Assembly (NCBI GenBank): GCA_001724265.1
Contig: MEDY01000064.1
Span: forward strand, 62,001 to 126,000
Source of the DNA: Rhizaria sp. SCN 62-66
Taxonomy: Eukaryota
Direction: 5' to 3'
Length of the DNA stretch: 64,000 nt
Within the stretch, counting starts at the first letter, position 1. Each line of letters opens with the position of its first letter. Shown here in pieces: positions 24,758 to 35,636 of this stretch. A program made the translations under genes and the position numbers. Below the pieces are notes generated by a model. It had not been told where the DNA came from. It searched no databases and saw nothing but the letters and a program-made list of their open reading frames with translations.

Positions 24758-26436
24758 TAATAAAGATACCCTTTTGAGCTAAACTGGACGAAGTGTATTG
24801 GCGTGGTCTACTCGTAATCTGCTGAAGCCAGACTATTTCATTGGTCCAGCTGCTGCCTCGCCAGGCACTTCTTCAACAGATTCATATCTGCTCCTTGTTT
24901 GTGTCATATCCTGGTCAAAGGTGTTGGACGCTGTCACGCTGCGTAACAGACGGTGACATCAGCATCTTGCGCTCTTACAAACGGTGTTGTGAGTCTCAAT
25001 AGCAGTGAATTACATTTTTCTAGGAATTGTTAGAACATCTAGCTAATGGTCTTTCAATCAATGTCCAAGTTGTTGACGTACTTGAGATTTCCTGCGTCGT
25101 CCTAGACGTGGTTACTTCGCAGCTGCACAGTCACGCTGTTGCGAGCTTGGATTCCAACGCTTTGTGCGTGGTGGTCTTCTTCTTATCTTGTGATTTGTTG
25201 TTGTCATAATTGCTGTTATCATTTTGAATGCCTCTGACCGGGCGTATGGTTGTTTCGAAATATCTTTCTTCTGTTATTGGTAATATGCGAGTCTGCTCAC
25301 GGTCGTCGAGCTCGACGACGTGGCAGGAATTAAGACTCCCTTTTCTGCGAGGGTTTTCTGAGTTGTGTGATCGTAATTTTGTGGTTTTGTGCATTTTCTT
25401 ATCTTTAAATGATGCATTTTTCATTGTCATTATTTTATGTTCTCATCTAATAACATTGTGCTCTCAAATTTGTTCTTACCTTACTCCAGGCCAAATGCCT
25501 TGCAGGGCTGCTCCAACTTAGGGCCGCCAGGCGCTTTAGTGTTCATGTATGCGGTCATCTCAGCCGTGTCAATGTACTTGACATCGATGCCGTAGTGGTG
25601 GACTTGGTTGCGTACGGCGCACTCCTTGGTGTCGAAGTGCTTGGCCCGCCCATGGTGCTCGGGGTTCTGGATCGTGCCGATAGCGCTATTGTTGTCTGAC
25701 AGAGGCGCTTGCTACGGGTGGCTTCATTGATCAGTGACAGTGGTGCATGACATAGGCGGGTGTGGATTAAGTTAACTTTGCGTGCCTTTTTGTATGACTC
25801 CTCGTTCTTACTGTTGTTCATATCGGCCTTCTTCTCCGCGTTGTTGTTCTACGTCTTGCTAGTGACCGTTGCAGCTGTGACGGCGAGGGCGCACTGAGTC
25901 TGCCCCTTGAACACGCAGCCAGGGACAGCGACGATGCCCTCGAGGTCGATACACTCGGCGCGCATGACACTGCTGTCGTCGCGCTTCACCTGACCTTCCA
26001 GAATAGTGCGGCTCCAGACCGTCGCATCACTTCTGGACGGCCCTTTACGACCACTACCGCGTGCAAATGAGGCAGCACACTAAACAGGCGTCAGGGTTGT
26101 TGTGGCGCGCTGTCCGGCCAATCTCGAGGTAGAGGTCACTCGCAAAGTTGTCACGGAGCAACCTCTCTTCCTCCTGAAATGTTGGTCCTTACTACTGTGA
26201 ATCCCCGTGCCGGTAATTCACAGCAGCAAAGACCGACACCTCAGGAGGGTAACGTACTGGGCTCGTAACCTAATAAAGATGCATTTTGAGCGAAACTGGA
26301 ACCAGTATATTGCTGTGGTCTTCTCTTAATCTGCTGCAGCCAGAATATTTGATCGGTCCAGCTGCTGCCTTGCCATTGCCAGGCACGAGGTCAGTCAGTA
26401 AGCCACCCGTCAGTTGACTGGGAAGACATCTTAACA
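24758..26436 (-). mobile_element. Degenerate Ty1/copia LTR retrotransposon remnant
   Basis: Diverged direct repeats at ~26271-26436 and ~24758-24879; on the minus strand both begin TGTT and end ATCTTTATTA. GGTTACGAGCCCAG (26270-26257) follows the 5' repeat and resembles the half-tRNA-iMet PBS. A GAG-pre-integrase-like IHTRLCHAP motif lies near 25745-25770. The interior is frameshifted and has stops. Confidence 0.75.
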
Positions 26437-26896
26437 TTTCAGGAAACATATTTTATCCTGCTTTCGGGATGAGCCGAACAGAAAGTAACCATTTATTAAC
26501 ACGCACGGTGCCAATATGTACACAACAACACGCTATCTTAAATGTTGCCATATACGGTCGGGGTTCGAGTGTCGGCGGTTTCCCATCCGCACCAAGCTGG
26601 ATTGGACCAGTCACGATCGCTTGGATTACCATGATGATCTTAGCATTAACACACCGTGTAGACACAATTAAAAAATTGCAACCAGTTAGTCATGTTTTGA
26701 CACACATGTTATACGTTATCATACTTTGAATCGACTGTCTATTGAGGCTCCCACTTTATGGAAACGCTGATTGCTGACCTTAATCAAAGAAGGCATGCCT
26801 TTCTTGTTTCATTCCATTTTCAGACGCTTTCTCATCAACTAAGCACACATTTGCTAACTGTTTTCTTTACACACTTTAACACTGTGTACAATCAGA

Positions 26897-29800
26897 ATGC
26901 CAAGACTCTTCCAAAAGCCACATTCCCGGCTCCTGGGAGTAACTCTTGCTCTCCTGCTCTCCTCCTTTGCAGTGGGGACCATTGCAGCTTCTGGCGTCGC
27001 CGTCGCACCCACAGACGTGACATACACCTCCCGCTGCCTCTCAGTCGCCGACGCGGCCACTATTACGATCAATCCAGACCAGGACTACCTGTTGATCTCG
27101 TGTAATGACGAGGACGCATGGCCCACCACCTGCTCCGTAGACAACAGCTGCGGCCCTGGGACGACCACTCGCAACAATATCTACTGCCTGGACAGTACTA
27201 TGCTCACCGTCAAATATGTAGACGTCAGTAATAGCAATTCGTCGTTATGCAAATCCGACCTGCCGGCGACTTCTCGCTCGTGTCTCAACGTCGACGGCTG
27301 CGGCGGCGGCTTCGAGTGGCAGTGTGCGCTTCTGCCCAAGGAGAGTCCCACACTGAACGAGGACAGCGTCTTATGGGCCCCCTGCGATAGCGCACCCGTC
27401 GCGTTTTCGAAGCTCTCTTGTGGCGCAGCGTGCGGCACGGGCAAGCTGAACCGCGCCGCTCGTTGTGCGTTGATGTTCGACTCTGACAACATCCATGCCA
27501 CCTTGCCGTCGTTTTCGCACTCGTATCGCCGCCAGAACATGCTCACCTCGCCGTGTCTCCTGTCCGCACCGGTGCCTGAGTTGCAGCGCACGTGCATGAG
27601 CGCGGCCTGCTCGGCGCCGTCCTGGTACTGCAACAACCCCGATGACGCGACCGGGAGCTGGGGGTCGTGCTATCCGGAAATTGGCACTAAGTGCCAGGAA
27701 TACCGCTGCTACGACAAGAAATTCACCGCCCGGCGCAATGTCGCGTGCATGGACGGCGCGGGCACCCTCCCGCTGCCCGATAGCGCGTGTGCCGGCCAGA
27801 CTAAGCCGGAGACTGTGCTCGACTGTGCCCAGAACCGCGCCGACTGCGTGCTGCTGCGCACAGACGCGGACGTGTGCGAGGTCGACGGGACTGCGGTGAC
27901 GTGTCTGGAAGAGAGCACGACTGCGTTCACGACCGCGCCGTGCGTGAGTACAGAAGACTTTCGCTCTGTGAGCTCTAAGATGTGTCAACCAAGTGGGTGC
28001 AAACTCCTTGCATGCTCCGCCATAGCTGATGGGGCCACGTTCGAATGGGTGATGGACGAGGATGTCCCCTGCCCGGCGAAGCCGACACTCTTAGAGGAGT
28101 CCCAGTTCACTCTCTACACCTGCGCTGCTCGCACCTCCCAGGGTGACTTATTGTCTTCAGAGGTCGAGCCCAAGCTTTGCGTCGATGTGCCTGCCTCCAC
28201 CAACGCGTCGTTCACCAAGTGCACGTACGATACGACACTGTCGTGCAAGAACGGCGGTGTGACCGTGCCGATCATGCGCCCCAACGGTGTTGGCCAGCTG
28301 GCGAGGTTTGGTGCCTTCTGCGACTGCAAGGGCCCTTGGACCGGCGTGGACTGCGCAACACCACTCAAGGCCGAGATTACCGGATTCTGGTTCGATTTGG
28401 AGATAAATAAGTTGGCTTTCTGGCTTGAATACTCGGCTGACACCGGTATTTTCCGGATGCCCTCTTCGCAGCGGCCTGAACACCAGCACACCGTACACCT
28501 CACCCTCGAGCCCACCGACGGCTCGCCCGCCGTGACCCTAGCGCGCTATGAGCCCAACTACGCGGACAGTTTGAGGGAGGACATGTACCAGGTGTATAAG
28601 TCCATGCCACTCGGCTTATTGGGCAAGACCGTCAGCCTCCGTGCAACGATTGTACTAAATAATGTCACTGTCGCCACTAATGTGTCGACGGACGCGCAGT
28701 TCTTCGGCCGCTCGTGCGGCTGCGAGACCGAGCTGTGCAGCACCGAAACGGGCATGTGTGAGTGCCCCGGCGACTATGGCGGCGAAAACTGCGAGATCGA
28801 GCCCTGTGCCGCCATTGGCTGTAACCTGGCCACTTCCACTGGCTGCTTTGTCGACCCTACAACGCAGCTCGCGACGTGCCACTGCAAAAAAGACTCGAGT
28901 GGCAAGGCGCTTTTTACGGGCAAGGGTTGCGAGCAGCCGGTGACTAAGTGCAACGCTAACGGCAGCAAACCGGATTGCGCAAACAACGGCTACTATGCCG
29001 CGCGCTCTGACGGATCTGACGCGCTTATTTGCAACGTCAAATGTAGCTGCGCCGCTCCCTGGACGGGCGATACGTGTGAGACCTGTTCTAAGACCTGCCA
29101 CAATGGTGGCACCATTGACGCCGGCTGTAGCAAATGCAAGTGCAAGCCCGGTTACAGCGCCGACTCCGATTGCCAGTGCCGGTTTGTGACTCTGCGTTTT
29201 ACGGCCCTTATGGGCAAGTTCGCGACTGCGTGGATGACGAGTACGACCAAAATTGACAGTGATGAGGCCGCGGCAGGGCTGCGCAAGTTTCTTGTGAGCG
29301 AGATATACAAGCTCACCGACCTCATGAAGATTAGTCTGACTATTGCTGCTGCTCGCATCATCAGTACGAACGGCAAGAAGTTTACTGTCGAGATCGATGT
29401 CACGCACGAGCACTCATGCTCTGCAGGCTGGACGCAAACCAGGCCGGAGAATCAGGAGACACTTGTCATTTCAAACCCGGTGCTTGCTTACCCTCTTTAC
29501 GCCCCCCGTGCGGAAGCGAGTCGCGCTGTGCACAAAACGTTTGCCAACAACAAGAACGGCTTCGCGGTTCGCAGTACAGTTGCCGACAGCCAGATTCTCG
29601 CAGCGGAGCCCGTTCGTACAATGCGCAGCGGCCCTGGCGTGTTCCAGACTCTCGCGACCACTGGTTACGGCGGCAGCGTACTGACCGTGTACAACGGTAT
29701 AAACAACCTGCGCGCCGCGTTTGGCTCCGACTCGACCGCACTGGCCGACAGCGGCATCGACTGGTTGGACACAAACTCGGATCTTACGATTACTGACGCG

Positions 29801-30070
29801 GCTGCGGAAGCCGGGGACGATGTCCCCAAGTCTGTCATTGCAGGAAGTGGCACTGGGAGCGGTGGCAGCGACGAGACGACGACTATCGTGCTCGCGACTG
29901 TGCTGTCAGTCGTGGGCGTTTTGATCATTGTGTTTCTACTGGTGTGCTACGCCAAGAAGCTTCTGTGCTTCAAGAAGAGTAATCGTGTTGCAGACGAGGA
30001 CCCTGAGAGTGGGAGCCGCGGCCACACGTCTGCGACTCCCCGCGGCGACATTCAGATGATGGATGTCTAA
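26897..30070 (+). CDS. Type I membrane protein with TSP1-like and EGF-like Cys-rich repeats (1057 aa, intronless)
   Basis: Signal peptide LLGVTLALLLSSFAVG. TSR-like motifs CSVDNSCGPGTTTR..C, CGAACGTGKLNRAARC, WGSC..RRNVAC. EGF-like motifs CKNGG..CDCKGPWTGVDC, CECPGDYGGENC, CSCAAPWTGDTC. TM helix IVLATVLSVVGVLIIVFLLVCY. Short tail. Stop TAA. Confidence 0.85.
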   Translation: MPRLFQKPHSRLLGVTLALLLSSFAVGTIAASGVAVAPTDVTYTSRCLSVADAATITINPDQDYLLISCNDEDAWPTTCSVDNSCGPGTTTRNNIYCLDSTMLTVKYVDVSNSNSSLCKSDLPATSRSCLNVDGCGGGFEWQCALLPKESPTLNEDSVLWAPCDSAPVAFSKLSCGAACGTGKLNRAARCALMFDSDNIHATLPSFSHSYRRQNMLTSPCLLSAPVPELQRTCMSAACSAPSWYCNNPDDATGSWGSCYPEIGTKCQEYRCYDKKFTARRNVACMDGAGTLPLPDSACAGQTKPETVLDCAQNRADCVLLRTDADVCEVDGTAVTCLEESTTAFTTAPCVSTEDFRSVSSKMCQPSGCKLLACSAIADGATFEWVMDEDVPCPAKPTLLEESQFTLYTCAARTSQGDLLSSEVEPKLCVDVPASTNASFTKCTYDTTLSCKNGGVTVPIMRPNGVGQLARFGAFCDCKGPWTGVDCATPLKAEITGFWFDLEINKLAFWLEYSADTGIFRMPSSQRPEHQHTVHLTLEPTDGSPAVTLARYEPNYADSLREDMYQVYKSMPLGLLGKTVSLRATIVLNNVTVATNVSTDAQFFGRSCGCETELCSTETGMCECPGDYGGENCEIEPCAAIGCNLATSTGCFVDPTTQLATCHCKKDSSGKALFTGKGCEQPVTKCNANGSKPDCANNGYYAARSDGSDALICNVKCSCAAPWTGDTCETCSKTCHNGGTIDAGCSKCKCKPGYSADSDCQCRFVTLRFTALMGKFATAWMTSTTKIDSDEAAAGLRKFLVSEIYKLTDLMKISLTIAAARIISTNGKKFTVEIDVTHEHSCSAGWTQTRPENQETLVISNPVLAYPLYAPRAEASRAVHKTFANNKNGFAVRSTVADSQILAAEPVRTMRSGPGVFQTLATTGYGGSVLTVYNGINNLRAAFGSDSTALADSGIDWLDTNSDLTITDAAAEAGDDVPKSVIAGSGTGSGGSDETTTIVLATVLSVVGVLIIVFLLVCYAKKLLCFKKSNRVADEDPESGSRGHTSATPRGDIQMMDV

Positions 30071-30969
30071 GCCTCTCAATGGTGAAAAATTCGGAGTTTG
30101 ACTTTTGCTTTATTGTTGGTAGAACAACTACCATGACGCCACTCTGGCGATAGTATTATTTTTTGTTTATTAACCCAACTACAAAATGTACGAACTATTT
30201 GTAGCTGGATTGCTGCGCCACGCAAGCTTTGCTGTTCTAAATCGATCTTCTTTGTTCTTCTGTTTTGCAATTCACCCCATTTCGTACTTTCAAGTTCTTT
30301 CAGAATCAACGGCCACAACAAAACTGTGAGCGCGTCTCCAGTTGCGCTGTGTTCGATCCTTGGATCGACGATTAGATAAGTCGGTTCTTTGCTCGAACAT
30401 GATTTCATGCACTTCGCTGCGACAATTGCCGTCACGATTCATGATGTGCTGTTGTGTAGACGAGTCAGTTTGATTTACATGTTCTACAGAAATGCACTGC
30501 GTAATTCAAGTTGTTTCTTGCTCTAAACCCATTTTCGCAAAATACATACTCCGAACTATTACGTTCTACGACTGTTCAAGTCACGCTAGCATGTATCAAT
30601 GCTGAGAAACACACCACACCAAACGCAGTGACCTAAAAAAATTGGGATGAATAGTCAAAAACGTGTTTTCTACGTGATTGTGTGGTCTAATTGTAAATTT
30701 AGTGACATCGATTTGCTGCGTCGCACGTTTTCATGTACAATTGCTGCGGTGCTCGTCGGTTGGTCTGGCGGCTGGTTGGGGGTCCAATCGAAAAGGCTTC
30801 GAGCGATTCAAAAAAACATCGCTGATGTGACTAGCGTCTTCCGTCTATGATAATTTATACGATGATTTGAGATAATATTTGCATTAAAAATGCCATATCC
30901 AATTTTATATCTTTGAGTTTGAGCTAAATATTGCATTCTCCCGCACTTTGTTTCATAGCCGTTTTCCTC

Positions 30970-32502
30970 ATGTCGTCGGCGTCGACTGCCGCATCCGACG
31001 CGCATATCACGTCTTCCTCAAGCGAACCTGAGTTCCGCTTCACTGCACTGCCGACTTCAGCCGCGTTTCCGAACTCCCTCGCACTGTCGGACGTGCAGGG
31101 CTTGCTCGCCAAGTGGGGCGTCGGCCAGTCGCTGTGCTGCGCCAAGTTCCGCTACGACGTGCCCCTCGCGCCTTCCAACGCCGCGCAAACGGCGCAGTTC
31201 ATCCGCGACCTCTTCGCGTCGCCCGCGTTCCTTGCATCCCCCGCCGCGCAAGTCGCGCACTTGCGCCCCGCACCCACGCGCGCCGGCGTCGTTACCAAGG
31301 GCTGGGTCCGTCTCTCCTGCAGTGATACTGCCACGGGCGCGTCTTCGTCCGGCCCCTCGTGTCTGCACGGGGACGCCCCGATCATCCTGACTCCGAAGCC
31401 GGCGATGGTGACCTCACTGTCATTTCTGGACCCGCTCGTCGAGGCCGGCCTTGTGTCCCGCGACTGGGACGCCTCTCGCACAGTAATCGCTCCCAACTCC
31501 AGCTCGGGCGCTCTCGCCAAGCAGCAGAAGCAGCAGCCGCAGTCGGCCGCGACGCCGGCCGCCGCGGCGCAGACGTACCTGGACCTGTCTCAGTCGGTTA
31601 CGGGCGCGGGCCGACTCTCGCAGCGCTTCGAGGACTTCATCGGCTCGATCCGCGTCGCCGACGGGCTGCGCGAGTGCCTCTTCGACTCGTCGTCGGAGCA
31701 CTACGCGCTGCTGTCTCGGCAGACGCGCGCGGAGCTGCTGCCTGCGCTGCTGGCGCTGCTGGCCGCTGGCTCGGGGCTCTCGCAGAGCGACGACGCTTTG
31801 CTGCCGTACAGTGACATCGCGCGCCGCCTGTACCGCGACCTGGTGTGCCCGCGGCGCAATCCGCACACGGGCCAGATCGAGGTCGCCAGCGCTGTCTTCG
31901 CCGTCACTGGGGGCGCCGTGAGGGTGGACGAGGACAGCTTCGCGCTCACCGCGGCCGCGTGCTCGGCCAACGCGGCCGCGAAGGCTGAGGCCAAGGCCAA
32001 GGTCAAGGCTGAGGCTGAGGTTGCTGCGACTGGGGCTGCGGCTGCTGCCAAGAAGGCTGAGGCTGATGGCGAGGCGGAGAGCGAGGGTGCGTCGCTTGTT
32101 AGCTTTGTGGGCGACGGTGATCTCACCAACGACGCTGACGCTAATCCCGACGCATCTGTGGCAACGAAGCCCACGGCGACTGCGAGTGCGGGTGAGACCA
32201 AGGCTGTTGCGCCCGCGTTCTACGCGCCTCTGTTCCCCCCCGCCAGCCCGGTCGGCTGGACTGGCGGCGCCTCTCTGCCCGCCACTGCTGACGCCACCGC
32301 TCCCGCGCCCGCGCTCTCCGCTGTGCCCGGCGTGTCCGTGACCGTGGGTACCGCTGGTGCGGGCGCGAGTGCGGGTGACCGTGGGCGGCCGGGACAGGCG
32401 ACCGTCGGCGCGCCAGGCCCGCTGGACGCGTGCTGGGTCAGTGTGACGCCGGAGACTAAAACGGTGGCGTACCTCTACTTCAAGCACTACGCGGTGTATT
32501 GA
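30970..32502 (+). CDS. CFAP300: Cilia- and flagella-associated protein 300 (C11orf70/DNAAF17), 510 aa with Ala-rich insertions
   Basis: Motifs: LLAKWG..AKFRYD..FIRDLF, LRECLFDSSSEHYALLS..RAELL, LSQSDD..YSDIARRLYRDLV..RRNPHTGQIEVASAVF. Stop TGA. Confidence 0.82.
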   Translation: MSSASTAASDAHITSSSSEPEFRFTALPTSAAFPNSLALSDVQGLLAKWGVGQSLCCAKFRYDVPLAPSNAAQTAQFIRDLFASPAFLASPAAQVAHLRPAPTRAGVVTKGWVRLSCSDTATGASSSGPSCLHGDAPIILTPKPAMVTSLSFLDPLVEAGLVSRDWDASRTVIAPNSSSGALAKQQKQQPQSAATPAAAAQTYLDLSQSVTGAGRLSQRFEDFIGSIRVADGLRECLFDSSSEHYALLSRQTRAELLPALLALLAAGSGLSQSDDALLPYSDIARRLYRDLVCPRRNPHTGQIEVASAVFAVTGGAVRVDEDSFALTAAACSANAAAKAEAKAKVKAEAEVAATGAAAAAKKAEADGEAESEGASLVSFVGDGDLTNDADANPDASVATKPTATASAGETKAVAPAFYAPLFPPASPVGWTGGASLPATADATAPAPALSAVPGVSVTVGTAGAGASAGDRGRPGQATVGAPGPLDACWVSVTPETKTVAYLYFKHYAVY

Positions 32503-33051
32503 GCTATTGAACTATTGAACGATTCAATGACGGCTTGAGCTGCACTCTTAGCAGCTCACGTTTTTGCGGTATCTCTTATTGTATCCGAACATATACTTTC
32601 ACAAAACTACAAATCTCACATCATATTGATATGCACTGATTATATTGAATCTGAGTTCAATAAAAGGCCATGATTTAGCAAAAAGTGCTTCTGAAGATGG
32701 GGTGTGTTGAGAGGACACAAGATTAGTAATGGAGTTACTTTTATTACTAAATAGCATCGGTGCTCGATATGCAGAAACACCTTTAAATGATTAATTAGAT
32801 AGACATATGTTATTGACACTAATGGGCGACTTAAACAAGACAATGGTTACTTTACAAATGTCTTTGCACAAGATATACGTGAGCAACATTACTCGCGCAC
32901 AATTCAACAAGCCATCAACAGTCATGGAGAGTAAGAATCACAAACTTAAATCGTTAATAAAATGAACAAAAACGCACCCAAGGCAAGTTAGACAGAGTTT
33001 TCCGAGTCGAAACCCATGGATGGTGTTGCGACACTCACGAGTTGTTTTTCT

Positions 33052-35157
33052 TTACTCGAGCACCTCGGAGAACTCTTCCTCGGTCGGCTTGCGCAGCCGG
33101 CGCGCGCCGCCCTTGCCGCCGGCAATGCCAACGGGCCCCGCGCCGGATACCACCGCGCCACCGCTGCCGTTGCCCGCACTGCGGCCGCCGCCGCTGCCGT
33201 TGCCGCCGCCGTTGCTGTGGCGGTTGGGGGCGAACTGCGCCTCGGTGCTGCCCTCGCCCATGGCCGCCGTGGAGGCCAGCCCGCCCGTGGCCGCGCGCAG
33301 CATTGCGTCAGCGAGCTCCGCGCCCGACCAGCGCTGGTGCATCAGCGTAGAGACGCCGAGGCGTTGCTCCTGGCGCTGGACGAGGTTCACGTAAGCCAGC
33401 ATGTAGTCCTTGGCGTACGCGCGCGCGAAGTGCGTGGTGATGAGCGAGTTGGCGTGGAACCCGGCAAGCGTGATAAACTGCCATACAAACCCCGCGCGGC
33501 CAAGCTCGAGCTGGAAGTCCCGGATTTGACTGTCCGACAGTCCCGCGGCGTCCCAGTTGAACGACGGCGAGAGGTTGTATGCGAGCATCTTGCCGGGCCA
33601 GCGTGCGCGCACGGCCCGCGCGAAGGCCTGCGCCTCGGCCAGCACGGGCGACTTGGTCTCCATCCAGATCACGTCGCAATACGGCGCATAGGCCACCGCG
33701 CGTGCGATGCAGTAGTCGACGCCGCCGCGCACGCGGTAGTAGCCCTCTACGGACCGCGGCTTCTCGCAGCACCAGTATGGGTCGACGCCCAGCTGCTGCG
33801 CCAGCTCCCGCTGCGCCGCCAGCGACAGGCCCCGGTGGCGCGCGCCCCAGTCGGCCAGGCACTGCGCCTTGTTGGCAACCGCGGGCGACTCGGCGATGGC
33901 GCGCGCCACGGTCTCGGGGTAGGTCGCCAGCCCGGCCTTGCGCTCCCACTGCGCGCTCAGCTTCGCGCGGCGCGGCGCAGAGTCCTCACAGGCGGCACCG
34001 GCGGCCGCGGCGGACTCGGCAAGTTCGCGGAGCAGCGCGTTAAGCCCCTGCTGGTTGGGGTTGGTGCTGCCGAGGATGAAGGCCGCGTCGATATCGTCGA
34101 CGTTATTGTTGAGCAGGGTCGCCGCCTCGGCGTCGGTGCGGGCGACGATCACCGTCTGCGTCCGCATGATGTCGCACTGCAGCCGCGCCGCGGCCAAGCG
34201 CGTGATGTGCTCGCGGACGGGCACGAGGACCTTACCGGCGTTGTGTCCACATTTCTTGGTGCCGGCCTGCTGGTCCTCGATGTGGATGCCCGCGGCGCCC
34301 GCCTCGACCATGAGCTTCGTCAGCCGCATCACGCTCGACACGCCGCCGTGGCCTGCGTCCGCGTCGGCGATGATCGGCCGGTAGTAGTCCACAAAGGGCT
34401 CCTCGCTCTCACCCGTCGCGCGCGCCCACGACCGCGCCTCGCGCTGCTTGCGCGCGTGGAAGTCTTGCGCGCGGAACAGCTGGTCGACTTTTTTCGGAAC
34501 TGTGTCGTACGGGTAGTCCGCCAGATCGGGCCCGGGTTCGTTGATGGAGCTGGCCGTGGAGGAGCACTGCCAGCCGGAAACGTAAACGGTTGAAAGAGAG
34601 GGCGCCATCTGGATCACCTGCACGGGGTCGAGTGCGCCGAACGTGTGCGAGAACTGGCCTTGCGCGCTCAGCGTCGAGAGCAGCTCCCACAGCTTCACGG
34701 CGGGCGCGGCACCGTTGTACCCACCACCGGCGGCCAGAGATGTAAACGCCGCCGCAGTGCCGTTAACACCGCCACTGCTGCTGCTGCTGCTGCTGCGCGA
34801 GCTGCCGCCGGCGTCGTAGAGCGGGAGCGGGGAGGTGAGACGCGCGACGTCCTCGGCCGTGTAGGGCCGCTTGGTGTCGGCGAAGCGCGGCTGCGACATA
34901 AACGCAGCGGCGGAGGACACGGCAGCCGCAAACGCGGAGTCCTCCTCGGCGGCCGTGCTGGGAATAGATAGGCCCGCGGCGGCGGCGACGTTGAGCGAGG
35001 CACTGACGTGACGGCCGCCACTCTGGTCGCCACTGCTGTGCGAGTTGTGACTCAGCCCGCGCTCGAGGATGAGGCCCGGGTGCTTGGCGAGTGCCGAAAC
35101 GGGGCCAGCCGCGCCTGTGTGACCCAAGAGGGTGTTCAGACGCGAGTGAGGGTTCAT
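33052..35157 (-). CDS. ICL: Isocitrate lyase, eukaryotic long form (701 aa, intronless)
   Basis: Motifs: [45 protein letters not shown], catalytic [42 protein letters not shown]. Stop TAA. Confidence 0.97.
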   Translation of the reverse strand: MNPHSRLNTLLGHTGAAGPVSALAKHPGLILERGLSHNSHSSGDQSGGRHVSASLNVAAAAGLSIPSTAAEEDSAFAAAVSSAAAFMSQPRFADTKRPYTAEDVARLTSPLPLYDAGGSSRSSSSSSSGGVNGTAAAFTSLAAGGGYNGAAPAVKLWELLSTLSAQGQFSHTFGALDPVQVIQMAPSLSTVYVSGWQCSSTASSINEPGPDLADYPYDTVPKKVDQLFRAQDFHARKQREARSWARATGESEEPFVDYYRPIIADADAGHGGVSSVMRLTKLMVEAGAAGIHIEDQQAGTKKCGHNAGKVLVPVREHITRLAAARLQCDIMRTQTVIVARTDAEAATLLNNNVDDIDAAFILGSTNPNQQGLNALLRELAESAAAAGAACEDSAPRRAKLSAQWERKAGLATYPETVARAIAESPAVANKAQCLADWGARHRGLSLAAQRELAQQLGVDPYWCCEKPRSVEGYYRVRGGVDYCIARAVAYAPYCDVIWMETKSPVLAEAQAFARAVRARWPGKMLAYNLSPSFNWDAAGLSDSQIRDFQLELGRAGFVWQFITLAGFHANSLITTHFARAYAKDYMLAYVNLVQRQEQRLGVSTLMHQRWSGAELADAMLRAATGGLASTAAMGEGSTEAQFAPNRHSNGGGNGSGGGRSAGNGSGGAVVSGAGPVGIAGGKGGARRLRKPTEEEFSEVLE

Positions 35158-35636
35158 CGCGCGACTGTAATGATGTGTGGTGGCGAGGGCAAAGAGTCAG
35201 TGACGAAGTGAGTTGGACGATTAGGATGATGACAATGCAGCGATGAGAAAACATTATATAGGAGTATAAATACAAACACGTTGTTTTAGAAAACAGTGCA
35301 CATTGACTGCACGTAATGAACCTAGAGTTTACTTTGCTGCTTTCGAATACGTCCTGTCCAAAAGCTTTCAACGATCTAGGTCTCGTTGGGTCTTGCGAAA
35401 TGCACGGCAAAAAAACATGTCTTGTGCGAGGTCTAGAATCCGTCAACAGCAGTGTGTGCATTTTGCCACAATAATTAGAGTACAATCTAGTATTATACAT
35501 TCATTATGCATTGCATTTCCTTTGTGATGCTGATCATATCTTTCTTTTTGTGTGGCTCTGTCGCCGCGTCACTTCAACCTCCCACGACTTGCACTCGACT
35601 CTGACTTGCATCCTTCCTCGCAGACACATACGCTCA

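Noticed and set aside
33016-34593. 525-aa plus-strand ORF and similar long ORFs (788-1513, 14752-16041, 31420-32487, 46985-47842)
   Set aside because: They are antisense or off-frame shadows of GC-rich genes and carry no family motifs.
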